Assembly (NCBI GenBank): GCA_964106915.2
Contig: OZ066918.1
Strand: one strand, 5' to 3'
DNA length: 64,000 bases
DNA from: Podarcis gaigeae
Lineage: Eukaryota
Part shown: piece after piece, positions 62,612-64,000 of the stretch
Layout: every line of letters starts with the position of its first letter
Numbering within the stretch: the stretch's first letter is position 1
Program-made: the position numbers and the translations under genes
Notes under the pieces: generated by a model
The model's input: the letters and a program-made list of their open reading frames with translations, nothing else
Databases searched by the model: none
Told to the model about the DNA's origin: nothing

Positions 62612-64000
62612 TGTACATTACATTACATCCCATTGTGCTCATGTTGCGTTTGTGGGCTTCACTTTCGAGCATCTGGTTGGCCTTTGTGAGAACAGAGGAT
62701 GTTTCTTCTTACTTTCTTAATGAGCCCAGATGCAGTAACGCCTGTGACCGTGCAAGTTTTATGTTAGTAGAATAGAGATTGTAGCTTCACTCACAAGCAA
62801 CCTTGCATCAAGTTCCTAGTGAAATTCCCTGCTCCCTCCCCCTGGTAATGTTCAGCTGAAATAGCAAATAGCATGTCACAGAAAGATAAAGCAGAAGTGA
62901 CACAGGAAAGGAACAGTGCCTCTAAGTCTTTTTATGGTCAGGTAATACCAGATCAAATAAGGGGTTACCACATTATTTTATGAGGTGAAACCCAAACACA
63001 ACGCTGCCAACAAATTTAAACAAACATTTTTATCTAAAGTACACAATAGGAGGCTAACACACATGGGTACTTTAAAAATGCCACATACATATAATCAGGT
63101 ATGCCCTACTCTAGGTACTTAGTCCCTTGGGTTTTCAAGGCCTGTTGTTTTCTAAGCATATGACTGAAGACATGGCGGGACTTAGCTATACAGCTGCAAA
63201 TAAAACGTTTTAAGTATGTTTTAAGTGCAATATACAATGTGACACTAGACGGCAATGGTGAGCCTTATGGAGAATTTAATGTATTTTTTAAATCACTTTT
63301 TTAATAATAATAAAAAAGCATTTTCTGAACTTTTTTTATATGTGTGTAGAATCCACCTTGGTGTTGTGGGCATGAAGGCTCACCAATTTACAACAGTGAG
63401 AAGTTTGTTTATCTAACATTAATCTCAGGGTCGTGGGTTTGAGCCCTGCATTGGGATCCCATCCTAGCAACATTTTTTGCATGGATTTCTGAATAGGCAT
63501 TCCTCCCTGCAACAGCATACTCAAGTGGTGAGTGCCAATATTTATGTAGCCAGGGTTACTGAGAAGCAAGAAATAGGTTCATGGAAGAGGCATAAAACCC
63601 CAAATAGCCCAATGAAGATAGTGCAGGTGCAATAACTCTGTGTAATAACCACAGAATGTTGAGTGTTGGTTGGAAAGGGAAAATGGTGGTATTTAGAGTG
63701 GAACACACCAGTTAGGAGGTAATAAATAGCAGGCTTGAACCCTGATCAGAAGCAATTCTCCCCTCACACGTACATACACACTTCCACTTGCTTCCATACA
63801 AATAAACAAATGCCCACAAGCATTCTGCAGTTTTCGTCAGGCTCTCCTATAATAATTTATCTTTCGCCTGAATGCCTCACCCAAACTAGGTAATGCATCG
63901 CCATGACTTCATAGGCTGGGGTCCAAAGAACTGTGCAACTATTTCTGGATGCTTACAAAAGTTTGGGCTCGAGTTGCCCATTCCACAAAAGCCACTTTCA

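Overview
Vertebrate genomic DNA from a squamate reptile, probably a lacertid lizard (inferred from Sauria-type SINEs, BovB, CR1, L2 and Penelope repeats). It holds four intron-containing genes, all on the minus strand, which I reconstructed by hand from splice sites and reading phase. (1) Ceruloplasmin (CP) exons 1-12 at 21053-1202; the gene continues off the left edge. (2) A complete TM4SF18 at 34010-26406 (201 aa). (3) A strongly divergent TM4SF1-like gene at 47006 to about 40900/40087. (4) The last four coding exons of a YwrD/HpxW-type gamma-glutamyltranspeptidase-like Ntn hydrolase at 61950-58966; it starts beyond the right edge. The order CP-TM4SF18-TM4SF1 matches human 3q24-25, but I know of no GGT-like gene at that human position. 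Main observations: this CP has His/Asp/Met where human CP has Tyr241/Asn323/Leu329, suggesting a complete third ferroxidase site in domain 2. The TM4SF1-like gene has a remodelled extracellular loop and what looks like a two-exon C-terminal extension broken by an in-frame TGA and an AG>GG acceptor change. The GGT-like enzyme lacks the canonical glutamyl-binding motif. An intronic Penelope insertion forms a perfect 83-bp hairpin carrying a minimal hammerhead ribozyme on each strand. Almost all other ORFs in the track are repeat-derived or spurious. Comparisons with human sequences are from memory; no searches were run.
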